Positions 28,717 to 39,367 are shown, counted from the first letter of the stretch. The stretch is 64,000 nt of DNA from Geopsychrobacteraceae bacterium (GCA_963662315.1 OY759353.1:2464001-2528000); one strand, 5' to 3'. The notes: a model not told the origin generated them from the sequence alone. Numbers and translations: made by a program.

Positions 28717-30093
28717 CTAATCCTCCCGGGCGCCATGCGGTATCATCTTCGGCTGTTCAACCATCTGGGCGTCCTCAATCTGTTTACGTTCAGGTAAACC
28801 CAGTGTATCCCACTTCTTGCATTCAGGGCAACGGCAGGACCATTCGGCGAAACGAGCACCGCATGAGTCACAGACAAAACCCAGCTTGAAGTGATTATCG
28901 ATGCCAAGGGCTTTCTGATACTCACTGACCGCTTCAGTGATGTTGTTGCGACGCCGCTGTCCTTCAGCCAGAAGCAGGTGCAGCTTGGTAAATTCGATCC
29001 CGCGTGATTCGAGGTCAGTCAGTTGCTGCATTGCTTCATCAACCATTTCAAGACGCAGGTAGGTGCGACCGAGGTACAATCGCAGCAGGAGATCGTCGGG
29101 ATCGGCCTGCATCTGGGCACGATAAAAGGCCAGCAGGGCCGACGGATCTTCAGCATGAATATAGAGCTCTTCCAGACGCGCCAGGAATATAGTCTTCTTA
29201 AGCGCCTTGTAACCATCCTGATAAACCTTGGCCGCTTCATTTTCACGACCGGACGTCCGGTAGGCATCCCCCAGGGTAACGCGGGCGGGAGTAAAACTGG
29301 CGTTATGCTTGATAATGTCCCGGCATACATCAATAGCGGCATCCACTTCACCATTTAGCAGCTGCTTTTGAGCCATTTCATAGCGCAACTGGTAAAGAAT
29401 CTGCTTTTCCTGATCGCCCTTGGGACCGGAAGCAGCAGACTTCAGAATCCGTTTCTGCAACGCCAGGGCGTCATCAAGACTACCCAGCTCAATTTGAATA
29501 TCACGCAACGCACGCATCGCCTTGCGGTTTTCACTGTCGTCAGCCAACAGCTCTTTATAAACCGCCATGGCCTCTTGCTGATGCCCAGCAGCTTCAAAAG
29601 TTTTTGCCAATTTAAACAGAACCTCGATCCCTTTCGGCTCCAATTTGCGCGCTTTTTGCAATAGAGCAATCCCTTCCTCCGGCTCTCCTTCCTGCAGGGC
29701 AACACTGGCCAGGGCCAGGTAGCCATCAACCCGCTGGGGATCACGATCAATGACCTTCTGCAACAGACTTTTGGCCTTTTTCAGATCACCTGACAGCAGA
29801 CGGCCGACACCGTTGCGATATACCTGGGTAATCTCTTCGGATTTTTTCTTTGAACGCCCACGTTTCCAGCAGCGGAACGACATAACAAACGCGCTAAGCA
29901 TATGGACGCCGGTACCGATCGCCAAACCGATCAGCAGGATACAGATCAGCATTAATGCTGTCGGCAGAGTAAAGCTCAGATCGCTGGTCAGAAAAACCGT
30001 CACATCACCCGGATTAATCCCCCAGAAAAATAGAAAAGCTGAAGCAAATGCAATAAATACCAATACAAACAGAGCAATGATGACCATAACCAT
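28717..30093 (-). CDS. LapA-like plus LapB-like (TPR and rubredoxin) LPS assembly fusion protein
   Basis: Two N-terminal TMs with NP..V motif, TPRs, C-terminal CDSC...CPEC. Confidence 0.75.
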   Translation of the reverse strand: MVMVIIALFVLVFIAFASAFLFFWGINPGDVTVFLTSDLSFTLPTALMLICILLIGLAIGTGVHMLSAFVMSFRCWKRGRSKKKSEEITQVYRNGVGRLLSGDLKKAKSLLQKVIDRDPQRVDGYLALASVALQEGEPEEGIALLQKARKLEPKGIEVLFKLAKTFEAAGHQQEAMAVYKELLADDSENRKAMRALRDIQIELGSLDDALALQKRILKSAASGPKGDQEKQILYQLRYEMAQKQLLNGEVDAAIDVCRDIIKHNASFTPARVTLGDAYRTSGRENEAAKVYQDGYKALKKTIFLARLEELYIHAEDPSALLAFYRAQMQADPDDLLLRLYLGRTYLRLEMVDEAMQQLTDLESRGIEFTKLHLLLAEGQRRRNNITEAVSEYQKALGIDNHFKLGFVCDSCGARFAEWSCRCPECKKWDTLGLPERKQIEDAQMVEQPKMIPHGARED

Positions 30094-30130
30094 CTCCAGA
30101 CTGACCCGCTACCGGGTTCTCAGAAGTTAC

Positions 30131-30484
30131 TTATTCACCGAACTTTTCGATTTCCACCTTACAGTCAATGCAATAGCGCGAAAAAGGACGAACTTCCATA
30201 CGCCGCGGCGAAATTTCCTCTTCGCAACGGGCGCACAAACCATAAACCCCAAGCCGGATCCGCTCCAGGGCAGCATCAATATCACGCACCCGCCCGCGCT
30301 GGGTTTCACTCAGATTCATCAGGACTTCCTGATTATAACTGTTTGATGACATGTCTCCAATATCAGGGACGCCATCTTTACCCAGGGATTGGGATGCCTC
30401 GTAGGCTTTTTCAGCCTCCTGCAGGACCTCTTCCCGCATCTGCAACAGTTGAGCCTTAATCTCTGCAAGCTTTTCTGCGTCCAT
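30131..30484 (-). CDS. TraR/DksA C4-type zinc-finger protein
   Basis: PDIGDMS coiled-coil tip; CARC...CIDC. Confidence 0.9.
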   Translation of the reverse strand: MDAEKLAEIKAQLLQMREEVLQEAEKAYEASQSLGKDGVPDIGDMSSNSYNQEVLMNLSETQRGRVRDIDAALERIRLGVYGLCARCEEEISPRRMEVRPFSRYCIDCKVEIEKFGE

Positions 30485-30523
30485 ACGCTTTCCACATCCT
30501 CCTGCGGTTACTCATGATAAATA

Positions 30524-30997
30524 TCAACGATTATGATAGGGTTCGTTTTTGATAATCGTACAACACCGGTAAAGTTGTTCGAGCAAAAAGATTCTCGCCA
30601 TTTGGTGAGTAAAGGTCATGCGGGATAGACCAAGCAGGTAGCCTGCCCGGTTGCGAACCTCATCGGATAAGCCATAAGGACCTCCGATAATCAGTGTCCA
30701 GTCGCGCCCCCCCTGTATCATCTCCCGGTTCAGCATTTCAGCAAATTGTTCGGAACCTGGATTTTTACCTCTTTCATCCAGAGCAATAACAAACGAATGT
30801 TCGGGAATTTTGGCTAAAATCCTTTCCCCTTCGCGCCGCACCAGAATTGTCGAATCCCCCCGTTTCCCCCCTTTTTCCTCCTTCAGCTCAACGATGTCTG
30901 TAGGAAAATAACGTTGCAGGCGGTTGACAAAATCTGCGGCTGCTGTACGCTGCCACGCTTCGGTCAGCTTTCCGACACAAACAACGTGCAGCTTCAT
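30524..30997 (-). CDS. rlmH: 23S rRNA pseudouridine-1915 N3-methyltransferase
   Basis: IIGGPYGL, MTFTHQMAR..LLEQLYR, PYH. Confidence 0.96.
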   Translation of the reverse strand: MKLHVVCVGKLTEAWQRTAAADFVNRLQRYFPTDIVELKEEKGGKRGDSTILVRREGERILAKIPEHSFVIALDERGKNPGSEQFAEMLNREMIQGGRDWTLIIGGPYGLSDEVRNRAGYLLGLSRMTFTHQMARIFLLEQLYRCCTIIKNEPYHNR

Positions 30998-31003
30998 AAG
31001 GTT

Positions 31004-31360
31004 TTATTCTCCGGTATCTTCAAGCTCAACCTCGGGGGCTTCGCTCCAAAGGCCTTCGAGGTCATAAAAATCACGCACCGGGGTTTGAAAAATGTGGATC
31101 ATGACATCACCGTAGTCGAGCAAAACCCACCGCCCCTGGTCCAGACCCTCAACAGCCAGTGGCAACAGTTGGTGTTGATGCTTTAATTCACCTTTAACGT
31201 GCTCGGCAAGGGCCTGAACCTGGCGGTCAGAACGCCCTGAGACAAGCAAAATATAGTCGGTCAGTGAAGAAAGTTCAGCAACCTCAAACAGTTTGAGATC
31301 AAAGCCCTTTTTATCCAGAGCATAATGTACTGCGGTAAGTGCTATTTCTTTGGCTTGCAA
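31004..31360 (-). CDS. rsfS: Ribosome silencing factor
   Basis: SDRQVQAL, WVLLDYGDVMIHIF, FYDLEGLW; TTG start. Confidence 0.96.
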   Translation of the reverse strand: MQAKEIALTAVHYALDKKGFDLKLFEVAELSSLTDYILLVSGRSDRQVQALAEHVKGELKHQHQLLPLAVEGLDQGRWVLLDYGDVMIHIFQTPVRDFYDLEGLWSEAPEVELEDTGE

Positions 31361-31373
31361 ATTAGTATCCGTT

Positions 31374-32015
31374 CTAGGTTAAGTAAAGTCCGTGGGCTTT
31401 GATATATTCCACCACATTGTCGGGAACCAGGTCAGCGGCGGACCTGGTCTGCGCTAACTCGTGCCGGACGGCTGTCGATGAGATGTCACGGCAGGTGTGA
31501 GTCACCGGAATCAGTGAAAAGCCCGTATCACACTGCATTTTTTTGAAATCGGCATCATAACAGAAGCGATCCGCGATAGCAACCGGCAGAAAATCAACAA
31601 TGCTCCCGACCACCCCTGGGCGCGCCGCGACAACAATATGGGCAAACTCAAACAAGCGGGCATAGTCCTTCCACAGGCTTATCTCCTGGAACGAGTCCAA
31701 CCCCATAATAAAGTAGAATTCATGTTCGGGGTGACGCTGACTCAGCAATCGCAGTGTATCCACGGAGTAACTGACACCACCCCGTTCCCCTTCGATAGCA
31801 CAGGCTTTAAAAGCGGGATTCCCAGCTATCGCAAGACGAACCATTGCCAACCGGTCAGCAAAGGACACCCCTTCGGCAAGTGATTTATGTGGAGGACGGC
31901 ATGTCGGCACAAACCAGACTTCTTCCAGCTCACAGACGTGTAAAATTTCTTCTGCAATATGCAAATGCCCGTAGTGTATAGGGTTGAAAGTCCCCCCCAA
32001 CAGCCCAACACGCAC
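31374..32015 (-). CDS. nadD: Nicotinate-nucleotide adenylyltransferase
   Basis: GGTFNPIHYGH, FIMGLDS, ISSTAVR. Confidence 0.96.
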   Translation of the reverse strand: MRVGLLGGTFNPIHYGHLHIAEEILHVCELEEVWFVPTCRPPHKSLAEGVSFADRLAMVRLAIAGNPAFKACAIEGERGGVSYSVDTLRLLSQRHPEHEFYFIMGLDSFQEISLWKDYARLFEFAHIVVAARPGVVGSIVDFLPVAIADRFCYDADFKKMQCDTGFSLIPVTHTCRDISSTAVRHELAQTRSAADLVPDNVVEYIKAHGLYLT

Positions 32016-32070
32016 TCTCAGCTCCGCCGAGAGTGTAGATTAGAGATTTCAGATTTGAAATAAGCGCTTT

Positions 32071-33327
32071 TCATTGCCGTACCTGCCCATCGCCCAACAC
32101 CACAAATTTCCGTGTCGTCAGATCCTCCAAACCCATGGGCCCGAAAGAATGTAACTTGGTCGTGGAGATACCGATTTCAGCACCTAAACCCAGCTGATTG
32201 CCATCGGAAAAACGTGACGAGGCATTGACCATCACCACGCTTGAATTGATTTCACGCACAAACCGTTGCGACAAAGCATAGTCATTCGTTACGATCACTT
32301 CAGTATGCAATGATCCGTAGAGTTGAATATGCTCTTTAGCCTCCGCATAGCCATCAACAATCCGCACCGCCAGAATCAGATCCAGATATTCCGCTCCCCA
32401 GTCGTCCTCGGTCGCTGCGACCATATCGGGCAGTATGGCGCGGCACTTTGCACAGCCCCTTAATTCCACTCCTGCACTACGCATTACCGTGGCAATCTGG
32501 GGTAGAAAGACAGAGGCAACGTCTTGGTGAATCAACAGCGTCTCCATGGCATTACACACCCCTGGCCGCTGCACCTTGGCGTTCATACAGATTTTCTCAG
32601 CCATATTCAGGTCAGCGGCTGCATCGACATAGGTATGGCAGACACCTTTATAATGCTTGATCACAGGAATGCGGGAATGTTCTGAAACAAAGCGGATCAG
32701 CCCTTCCCCCCCGCGCGGAATAATCAGATCAATATAGTCCTCGAGTTTAAGCAACTCAGTCACTGCGGTCCGATCACTGGTTGCAACCACCTGCAAGGCT
32801 GCCGCAGGAAGCCCCAGCTCGCTCATGGTCTGCTGCAGAATCTCACCGATGGCTCGGTTGGAATGCAAAGCTTCCGATCCACCCCGCAAAATTACTGCAT
32901 TACCACTCTTCAGACATAAACCGGCAGCATCAGCCGTTACATTGGGGCGCGACTCGTAAATAATTCCGATAACCCCCAACGGAATCCGCTGGCGACCAAC
33001 CTTGATCCCATTAGGGCGTAACCACATGCCGGTTACTTCTCCAACCGGATCGGGCAGAGCGGCAACTTCACGCAGCCCATCAGCCATACCCTTAATCCGC
33101 TCGGAATCCAGGGTCAGACGATCGACCATCGCAGGAGCCATACCATTGGCACGGGCGCGCTCAAGATCCTTCTGGTTTTCCCGCTGAAGTTTGCTCTCCG
33201 CAGCGACAAGAGCATCAGCCATGGCGATCAAGAGGTGATCCTTCACTCCCGAAGACAGATTTGCCATCACTCGGGCAGCCTGTTGCGCGGCCTGGGCACA
33301 AGCCAGCATTTCTTCATGCATCCCCAT
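32071..33327 (-). CDS. proA: Glutamate-5-semialdehyde dehydrogenase
   Basis: [30 protein letters not shown]. Confidence 0.97.
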   Translation of the reverse strand: MGMHEEMLACAQAAQQAARVMANLSSGVKDHLLIAMADALVAAESKLQRENQKDLERARANGMAPAMVDRLTLDSERIKGMADGLREVAALPDPVGEVTGMWLRPNGIKVGRQRIPLGVIGIIYESRPNVTADAAGLCLKSGNAVILRGGSEALHSNRAIGEILQQTMSELGLPAAALQVVATSDRTAVTELLKLEDYIDLIIPRGGEGLIRFVSEHSRIPVIKHYKGVCHTYVDAAADLNMAEKICMNAKVQRPGVCNAMETLLIHQDVASVFLPQIATVMRSAGVELRGCAKCRAILPDMVAATEDDWGAEYLDLILAVRIVDGYAEAKEHIQLYGSLHTEVIVTNDYALSQRFVREINSSVVMVNASSRFSDGNQLGLGAEIGISTTKLHSFGPMGLEDLTTRKFVVLGDGQVRQ

Positions 33328-34466
33328 CAGTCAACCTCCTCTTCTTCTACGGTCAAAACCAGTTCATCGCGACCGATAACCTCATCACGGTATTTATACC
33401 CAAGAATTGTTTCGATTTCATGACACTGCTTACCCATGATCTGCAGAACTTCTGTCAGAGAATAACTGATCACACCCCGTGCAAACTCTTTCCCGTCCCG
33501 GTCGCACAGCCGTACGGCATCACCTCGCTCAAAGCCACCGTCGACCCCGCAGATTCCTGAAGGCAATAAACTTTTTCCACCCTTCAGCACGGCGCGCTGG
33601 CCACCTTCATCAATCAGCAACTTGCCACGCGGCTTTTTAGAGAACGCGATCCAGTGTTTTTTAGCGGTCAGCTTGGACTGCGCCGGCAGAATATAGGTAC
33701 CCAGATCTTCCCCGTCAAAAACCCGTGCCAGCACATGCTTGCTGCGGCCGTTGACAATCAGGGTTCCAACCCCGCTTAAAGCCGCTTTTTTGGCGGCCTT
33801 CAACTTGGTACTCATACCACCGGTACCGAGATTGCCGCTCGAACCACCGCCCAGAGCCTCAATAGCCGGAGTAATCCGCTCCACCACCGGGATCAGCTCA
33901 GCCTCGGGATTTTCATGGGGGTCCTGATTATACAAACCATCGACATCCGACAGAATAATAAGCAGATCTGCTTCCACCAGATTGGTCACCAGCGCCGACA
34001 GATTATCATTATCACCAAAACGGATTTCCTCAACAACGACAGTATCATTCTCATTGACAATCGGTGTAACGCCGTACTCAAGCAGTGTCATAACCGTATT
34101 ACGCGCATTCAGATAACGGCGCCGGTTGGAAAGATCATCACGAGTCAGCAAAACCTGGGCAACATTATAATTATGAGAGTGAAAGGTCTCGCGATAGCCA
34201 CGGATTATTTTTGTCTGACCGATGGCCGCTGCAGCCTGCTTCTGAGGAATGGTCTGAGGCCTGCCACTGATGCCAAGCTCGCCTTTCCCGGCAGCAACAG
34301 CTCCAGAAGACACCACAACAACCTCAAGCCCGCGATCAAGCAGGTGGCAAATATCCGCGGATAAGGCATCAATCCGGTCATTTTCCAAACCAGCCGCATT
34401 AGAGATAACACCACTGCCAATCTTGACAACGACCCTTTTCACATGTGACAGCAAAGCCCGGCGCAT
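33327..34466 (-). CDS. proB: Glutamate 5-kinase (alternative start 34502)
   Basis: [33 protein letters not shown] domain. Confidence 0.96.
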   Translation of the reverse strand: MRRALLSHVKRVVVKIGSGVISNAAGLENDRIDALSADICHLLDRGLEVVVVSSGAVAAGKGELGISGRPQTIPQKQAAAAIGQTKIIRGYRETFHSHNYNVAQVLLTRDDLSNRRRYLNARNTVMTLLEYGVTPIVNENDTVVVEEIRFGDNDNLSALVTNLVEADLLIILSDVDGLYNQDPHENPEAELIPVVERITPAIEALGGGSSGNLGTGGMSTKLKAAKKAALSGVGTLIVNGRSKHVLARVFDGEDLGTYILPAQSKLTAKKHWIAFSKKPRGKLLIDEGGQRAVLKGGKSLLPSGICGVDGGFERGDAVRLCDRDGKEFARGVISYSLTEVLQIMGKQCHEIETILGYKYRDEVIGRDELVLTVEEEEVD

Positions 34467-34505
34467 TAACCCCTGAGAGGCAAAATCATAAGGTAGAGTC
34501 ATAAA

Positions 34506-35525
34506 TTATTCCGCATCAGCATCACGGAGTCGGTCAAGACGCCGGCCAACCTCATGTACCAGTTCCTTCAGCCCTTCACCGGTCGCTGCCGAAATTTCAC
34601 AGACCGTGAAGCCCTGATCAGTAAATTTACTTTTTATCTCCCGAGCGGCTTCTCGCACTTCAGGAATATCAATTTTGGTCAGAACCACCAGTTGAGGCTT
34701 AGCCGCCAGATCAGCATCATACTGTTGTAATTCCTGATTGATCATCAAGAAATTTTCAAAGGGATCCCCTTTTTGCAGATAGGATAAATCCACCAGATGC
34801 AAAAACAGGTCAGTCCGCTCTACGTGGCGCAGAAACCGGGTTCCCAGCCCCTGACCGTCACTGGCTCCCGATATAAGACCTGGGATATCGGCAAACACCA
34901 TGGTTTTAAAACTGCCATAGCGCACCACCCCCAGGTTCGGGACCAGCGTCGTAAAAGGATAATCAGCGATCTTCGGTTTGGCCGCTGAAACTGCTGAAAT
35001 CAGGGTCGACTTGCCGGCATTAGGCAGACCAACCAAGCCGACATCGGCCAGTAGCTTCAGCTCCAGACGTAAGGTTTTCTCGGCACCGGCAATCCCGGGC
35101 TGAGCATAACGCGGAGCCCGGTTGGTGCTGGTTGTGAAGCGGGCATTGCCGCGCCCCCCCTGGCCACCCTCAAGGAACAGTAAAGGCTCACCAGCTTCCG
35201 TCAGATCGGCCAGCAGCTCATCGGTTTCATCATCATAAACCAGAGTTCCGGCCGGCACCCGCAATTCCAGCGACTCCCCCCCCTTGCCATGCATATTTTT
35301 TCCCATACCGGGAGCACCATTACCTGCTTTAAGGTGGTGCATATAACGATAGTCAAGCAGCGTTGACAGGGCTTCATCAACAACAAAGTAGACATTCCCC
35401 CCCTTGCCGCCGTCACCCCCGTCAGGGCCACCTTTGGGAACAAACTTTTCGCGCCGGAAAGACACACAGCCACGGCCGCCATCCCCCGCTTTTACCTCAA
35501 TTTTGACCTGATCAACGAACTTCAT
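34506..35525 (-). CDS. obgE: GTPase ObgE
   Basis: Gly-rich Obg domain, GLPNAGKST, YPFTT, DIPG. Confidence 0.97.
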   Translation of the reverse strand: MKFVDQVKIEVKAGDGGRGCVSFRREKFVPKGGPDGGDGGKGGNVYFVVDEALSTLLDYRYMHHLKAGNGAPGMGKNMHGKGGESLELRVPAGTLVYDDETDELLADLTEAGEPLLFLEGGQGGRGNARFTTSTNRAPRYAQPGIAGAEKTLRLELKLLADVGLVGLPNAGKSTLISAVSAAKPKIADYPFTTLVPNLGVVRYGSFKTMVFADIPGLISGASDGQGLGTRFLRHVERTDLFLHLVDLSYLQKGDPFENFLMINQELQQYDADLAAKPQLVVLTKIDIPEVREAAREIKSKFTDQGFTVCEISAATGEGLKELVHEVGRRLDRLRDADAE

Positions 35526-35720
35526 TGTTTTTCTTTCAATCTGGTTAAAGATGACGATATCGAGTCATACAGACTCCGATCATCTGAGCCTAACCTGAAC
35601 CGTCTGTATTTTTCAATCAGATGCGGTGAAAATTAAATCTGGACGACCTGTTTACTCCAGTAATGCTCGCGGACGGGCTAAGAACTTCTCCTCTTGAGCA
35701 AACAGCATAACCACAAAAGT

Positions 35721-35757
35721 AAAAACCCGGTCACTGAATTTTCAGCACCGGGCTTTT
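35721..35757 (-). terminator. Terminator after rpmA
   Basis: Imperfect CCCGGT...ACCGGG stem with a T run on the minus strand. Confidence 0.6.
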
Positions 35758-35781
35758 ATGAATGTTACGGACAACAGAAAA

Positions 35782-36036
35782 TCAGGCAGCGTAAACACTG
35801 ATTTGCTTGCGTCCCTTAGCCTTGGTTTCAAACTTGACAACACCATCGACTAATGCAAACAAAGTGTAATCTTTTCCACAACCAACATTGTTGCCTGGAT
35901 GAAAAGTGGTACCACGCTGACGGACCAAGATGGATCCGGCAGTCACTTCCTGACCACCAAACCGCTTAACTCCGAGGCGCTTACCAACGCTGTCACGTCC
36001 GTTCCTGGAACTACCGGCAGCTTTCTTATGAGCCAT
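35782..36036 (-). CDS. rpmA: 50S ribosomal protein L27
   Basis: [16 protein letters not shown]. Confidence 0.98.
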   Translation of the reverse strand: MAHKKAAGSSRNGRDSVGKRLGVKRFGGQEVTAGSILVRQRGTTFHPGNNVGCGKDYTLFALVDGVVKFETKAKGRKQISVYAA

Positions 36037-36047
36037 GAGTCGCCTCC

Positions 36048-36356
36048 TTAAGCTTCAATTGCCGCGACTTTGAGTCGGGTAATAGGTTGACGGTGGCCGT
36101 TTTTTTTACGATTACCTGAACGCCGCTTGGATTTGAAGACGAGAATTTTCTTGTCTTTTTCCTGAGCAACGATCTGTGCTTTAACCTTAGCACCTGGTAC
36201 GAGAGGTGTTCCGATTTTAACCTCTGCGCCACCGACCATGAGGACTTGATCGAGCTCGACAGTGTCACCCACTGCTCCGTCGATCATTTCGACCTTAAAC
36301 AGGTCGCCTTCGGAAACTTTATACTGTTTTCCTCCGGTCTTGATCACCGCATACAT
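36048..36356 (-). CDS. rplU: 50S ribosomal protein L21
   Basis: [18 protein letters not shown]. Confidence 0.98.
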   Translation of the reverse strand: MYAVIKTGGKQYKVSEGDLFKVEMIDGAVGDTVELDQVLMVGGAEVKIGTPLVPGAKVKAQIVAQEKDKKILVFKSKRRSGNRKKNGHRQPITRLKVAAIEA

Positions 36357-36416
36357 CGTTTCTATCTCCTATCAAAATAGTTCTTCAGCAACGCAGACAT
36401 TGCGTTGCAAACGCGC

Positions 36417-36445
36417 ACTGTATCTGGATCTCTTTTCACTGTCAA
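36417..36445 (-). promoter_or_regulatory. Sigma-70 promoter of rplU-rpmA
   Basis: TTGACA-17 nt-TACAGT; leader hairpin GCAACGCA/TGCGTTGC at 36388-36408. Confidence 0.7.
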
Positions 36446-36466
36446 GCGATTTTCCTGAACTGCTTG

Positions 36467-37408
36467 TCAGCGCTGCAAGCGGCCGAGTAACTTCTGAAAA
36501 TGATCCGCAGCCTGTTCATCCTTTTTAGCTTTAATCTGCATGCGTCGCACCGCCGAACTTAAAGAGGAAATATCGCGCCCCAGGCGCAGACTCAAATTGG
36601 TCAGAGTATCACACCCCGTATACTGATAAAGCCAGGCCAGATAGGCCCGCGCCTGCGCACAATCTCTGCGCTTTCCAGGCGCGACCAGTTCGTCCTCAGT
36701 CAGCCTAAAACGTTCCAGAACCTCCCTGAAAACCCGTTCTGCGCCAATTTTGGGCTGGTACTTCTGACGCGACAACTTCAGGGCAAGACGAACATATTCC
36801 TTATTTCCAAGTATCCTTGGATCATCAGTGCCGCCACAGAAACAATCGACCCCGTCGCCAGTCATGGCTCCTTCATTGACATAGGAATGAAACTTCATCA
36901 GGGTGCGAATCCCACTTTCACCAATATGCGCCAACACGACATCACGATAGAGCCAGACGACCTGTTCGCGGCCACAATAGGCACGATGACTGGTCCAGGG
37001 ATAGCGCATTGGATCGCCACCGGTGCCACGCTCTACCGGAGCCAGATGCAGCGACCTGACCAATGGCAACAGATATGTCTCGCAATCGATCAGAATCGCT
37101 TTATAACGGCCCTGAAAAAGGTGTCCATGCTGCTGGTGCCGCGAATTGAACCAACTGGTGTAACGAAATCCCAACTGCTGCATGATCTTGGAAAGCGGTT
37201 CTTTATCAACCTCAACCACCAGGCGGACTGCGTTCTCCATGAGACAATAGGCGTGGATTTTGTGGTCGAACTTCTCACACCCTTCCTGCAGCAACAGAAG
37301 CAATCTGGTCGCATCAACATCGTCAGTAATAATTTTGCGCTCTCCGTTACTCTGTAAAAAAACATGATATACAGCTCCAGGAAAATGTAGGCGAGGTTTC
37401 CGTGCCAT
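36467..37408 (-). CDS. RAYT/Y1 (IS200-like) transposase homologue with C-terminal HTH; catalytic residues replaced
   Basis: MARKPRLHFPGAVYHV, AYCLMEN-AVR (HUH expected), GHLFQGRYKAIL, LVR-SLHLA-PV (YIHLN expected), YPWTSHRAY; 313 aa, RBS AGGAG. Confidence 0.88.
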   Translation of the reverse strand: MARKPRLHFPGAVYHVFLQSNGERKIITDDVDATRLLLLLQEGCEKFDHKIHAYCLMENAVRLVVEVDKEPLSKIMQQLGFRYTSWFNSRHQQHGHLFQGRYKAILIDCETYLLPLVRSLHLAPVERGTGGDPMRYPWTSHRAYCGREQVVWLYRDVVLAHIGESGIRTLMKFHSYVNEGAMTGDGVDCFCGGTDDPRILGNKEYVRLALKLSRQKYQPKIGAERVFREVLERFRLTEDELVAPGKRRDCAQARAYLAWLYQYTGCDTLTNLSLRLGRDISSLSSAVRRMQIKAKKDEQAADHFQKLLGRLQR

Positions 37409-37546
37409 TGCGTCTCCTATCCTTCCGATATAAGAATAACAAGCCTGCCCCCTCTTATAGGCGATGCTAGCAGAGCTTTTCCATATTGCAATCCCCAAAG
37501 CAAAAGAATCACGCGAGACCACAAAAAATTGCCATCACCACCAAAC

Positions 37547-37578
37547 AAAAAAAAGGACGACAGTAGCCGTCCTTTTTT
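37547..37578. terminator. Terminator after rng
   Basis: A8-GGACG...CGTCC-T6. Confidence 0.8.
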
Positions 37579-37609
37579 ATAATTAAAAAGATAAAACACC
37601 CTCGGCTGC

Positions 37610-39115
37610 TCAGCCAACAGCGATCTCAAACTGTTCAATATGAAACCCCGGCCGCGAATTGATGGTTACCGAACGGCCATAAGTCTTTTCTACCTCATCC
37701 AGCCCGTGGCGCTCTTCATCGAGCAAAAGACCGGCTATTTCCGGATGAGCCAGCAAGGTCACATGGCCGGCCGGTAGATCGGCCATCTCCCGGTGCAACT
37801 CCCGCAGGATTTCGTAAATAACGGTCAACTTGCCTTTAACGTACCCCTTCCCCTCACAGTAGGGGCACGGCTCACACAGGGTGCGGCCGATACTTTCGCG
37901 CACCCGTTTGCGGGTCATTTCTACCAGACCAAGTTCGGATATTTTCAGGATATTGGTCTTGTTTTTGTCATTCTTGAGCGCTTCTTCAAGGGCCGCATGA
38001 ACTTTTTCGCGATGAGCTTCTTTCTCCATATCGATAAAATCGATAATAATCAGCCCACCGATATTGCGCAAACGCAACTGAAAAGCGATCTCTTTGACCG
38101 CTTCAAGATTGGTTTTAAGAATCGTATCTTCAAGATTATGCTTGCCGACATAGCGCCCGGTATTGACATCGATCGCCGTCAGCGCCTCGGTCTGCTCGAT
38201 TATAATGGACCCGCCACTCTTCAGCCAGACCTTACGCCCCAGAGCCCGGGAGATTTCAACCTCAAGACCATAGGCATCGAAAATCGGTTCTTCGCCATGG
38301 TAGAGATCGATGGCGTAATTAAGGCGCGGCATGAAGGTTCTGAGAAAACGTACAATCTTGTTGTATTCTTCAACATTATCAACCACGATCTTGCTGACAT
38401 CCTCGGTCAGAATATCGCGCAGCACCTTGCTGGTCACATCCAGATCTGAATGGATCAGGGCCGGAGCCTTAACCTGATCAAGGCCACGACTCAGATTGTC
38501 CCACAGCCCAACCAGAAATTCCATATCGTGACGTAAGTCTTCCTTACTCTTTCCTTCCGAAACGGTCCGCACAATAAAACCGGTTTCCGGCTCACGGATT
38601 TCTTCAACAATCTGCCGCAGGCGCTCGCGCTCTTCTTCGGTTTCAATACGCCGCGAGATCCCGACATGATCGACCGTCGGCATATAGACAAGATGACGCC
38701 CCGGCAGTGAGATATGTGACGTGATGCGTGCCCCCTTGGTGCCGATCGGTTCTTTGGAAATCTGCACCAGCAGTTCCTGCCCTTCTTTCAACAGATCTTC
38801 GATCGGTGGCAGATGCGGTGGTTCCGGCTCAGCAGCTGGATCAAGCAGCTGCTCTTCGCCATCGATATGGCGTTCAAACTGCTCCATTTCATCGAGAACG
38901 TCTGCGACATACAGAAACGCCGCTTTTTCCAGTCCGATGTCAACAAATGCGGCCTGCATTCCCGGCAAAACCCGTATAACTTTCCCTTTATAGATATTAC
39001 CAACGATCCCCCGCTCGCGATCGCGCTCAATATAGAGCTCTGCGATATGGCCGCCTTCCAGCAAGGCCACACGAGTCTCATGGGAGGTGGTACTGATGAC
39101 CAGCTCCTTTGCCAT
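37610..39115 (-). CDS. rng: Rne/Rng-family ribonuclease (RNase G length)
   Basis: GNIYKGKV..VLPGMQAAFVDIG, IDVNTG, GGLIIIDFIDM, CPYCEG. Confidence 0.95.
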   Translation of the reverse strand: MAKELVISTTSHETRVALLEGGHIAELYIERDRERGIVGNIYKGKVIRVLPGMQAAFVDIGLEKAAFLYVADVLDEMEQFERHIDGEEQLLDPAAEPEPPHLPPIEDLLKEGQELLVQISKEPIGTKGARITSHISLPGRHLVYMPTVDHVGISRRIETEEERERLRQIVEEIREPETGFIVRTVSEGKSKEDLRHDMEFLVGLWDNLSRGLDQVKAPALIHSDLDVTSKVLRDILTEDVSKIVVDNVEEYNKIVRFLRTFMPRLNYAIDLYHGEEPIFDAYGLEVEISRALGRKVWLKSGGSIIIEQTEALTAIDVNTGRYVGKHNLEDTILKTNLEAVKEIAFQLRLRNIGGLIIIDFIDMEKEAHREKVHAALEEALKNDKNKTNILKISELGLVEMTRKRVRESIGRTLCEPCPYCEGKGYVKGKLTVIYEILRELHREMADLPAGHVTLLAHPEIAGLLLDEERHGLDEVEKTYGRSVTINSRPGFHIEQFEIAVG

Positions 39116-39367
39116 AAACCTGCTCCTGTTACATCTATAATTTAAATAATGAGAAATTTTTCTTTGATGGCGAGAAGCATCACTCCTTGCCATTGACTAC
39201 GGCACATAAGCCCGGCAACGGCGACGACAGAAACAAAACCTGCCATTGTCCCCCCCCCTGTCACTGGCGCTTATGCCAACAGCCGGAAGAGCCTAAGAAA
39301 CACATAATGAAAACACATTGTACTTTCCGGCTGGCAATTTGCCAACCGAAATAGTATTCAGCAGTCG

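Noticed and set aside
35526..35720. Possible ncRNA between rpmA and obgE (GAGTC/GACTC stem)
   Set aside because: Only a weak local hairpin; no recognisable family or independent support
36400..37600. Active IS200/IS605 element or RAYT-REP locus
   Set aside because: No tnpB, no repeated REP palindromes seen, flanking hairpins are explained as the rng terminator and rplU leader, and catalytic residues are missing
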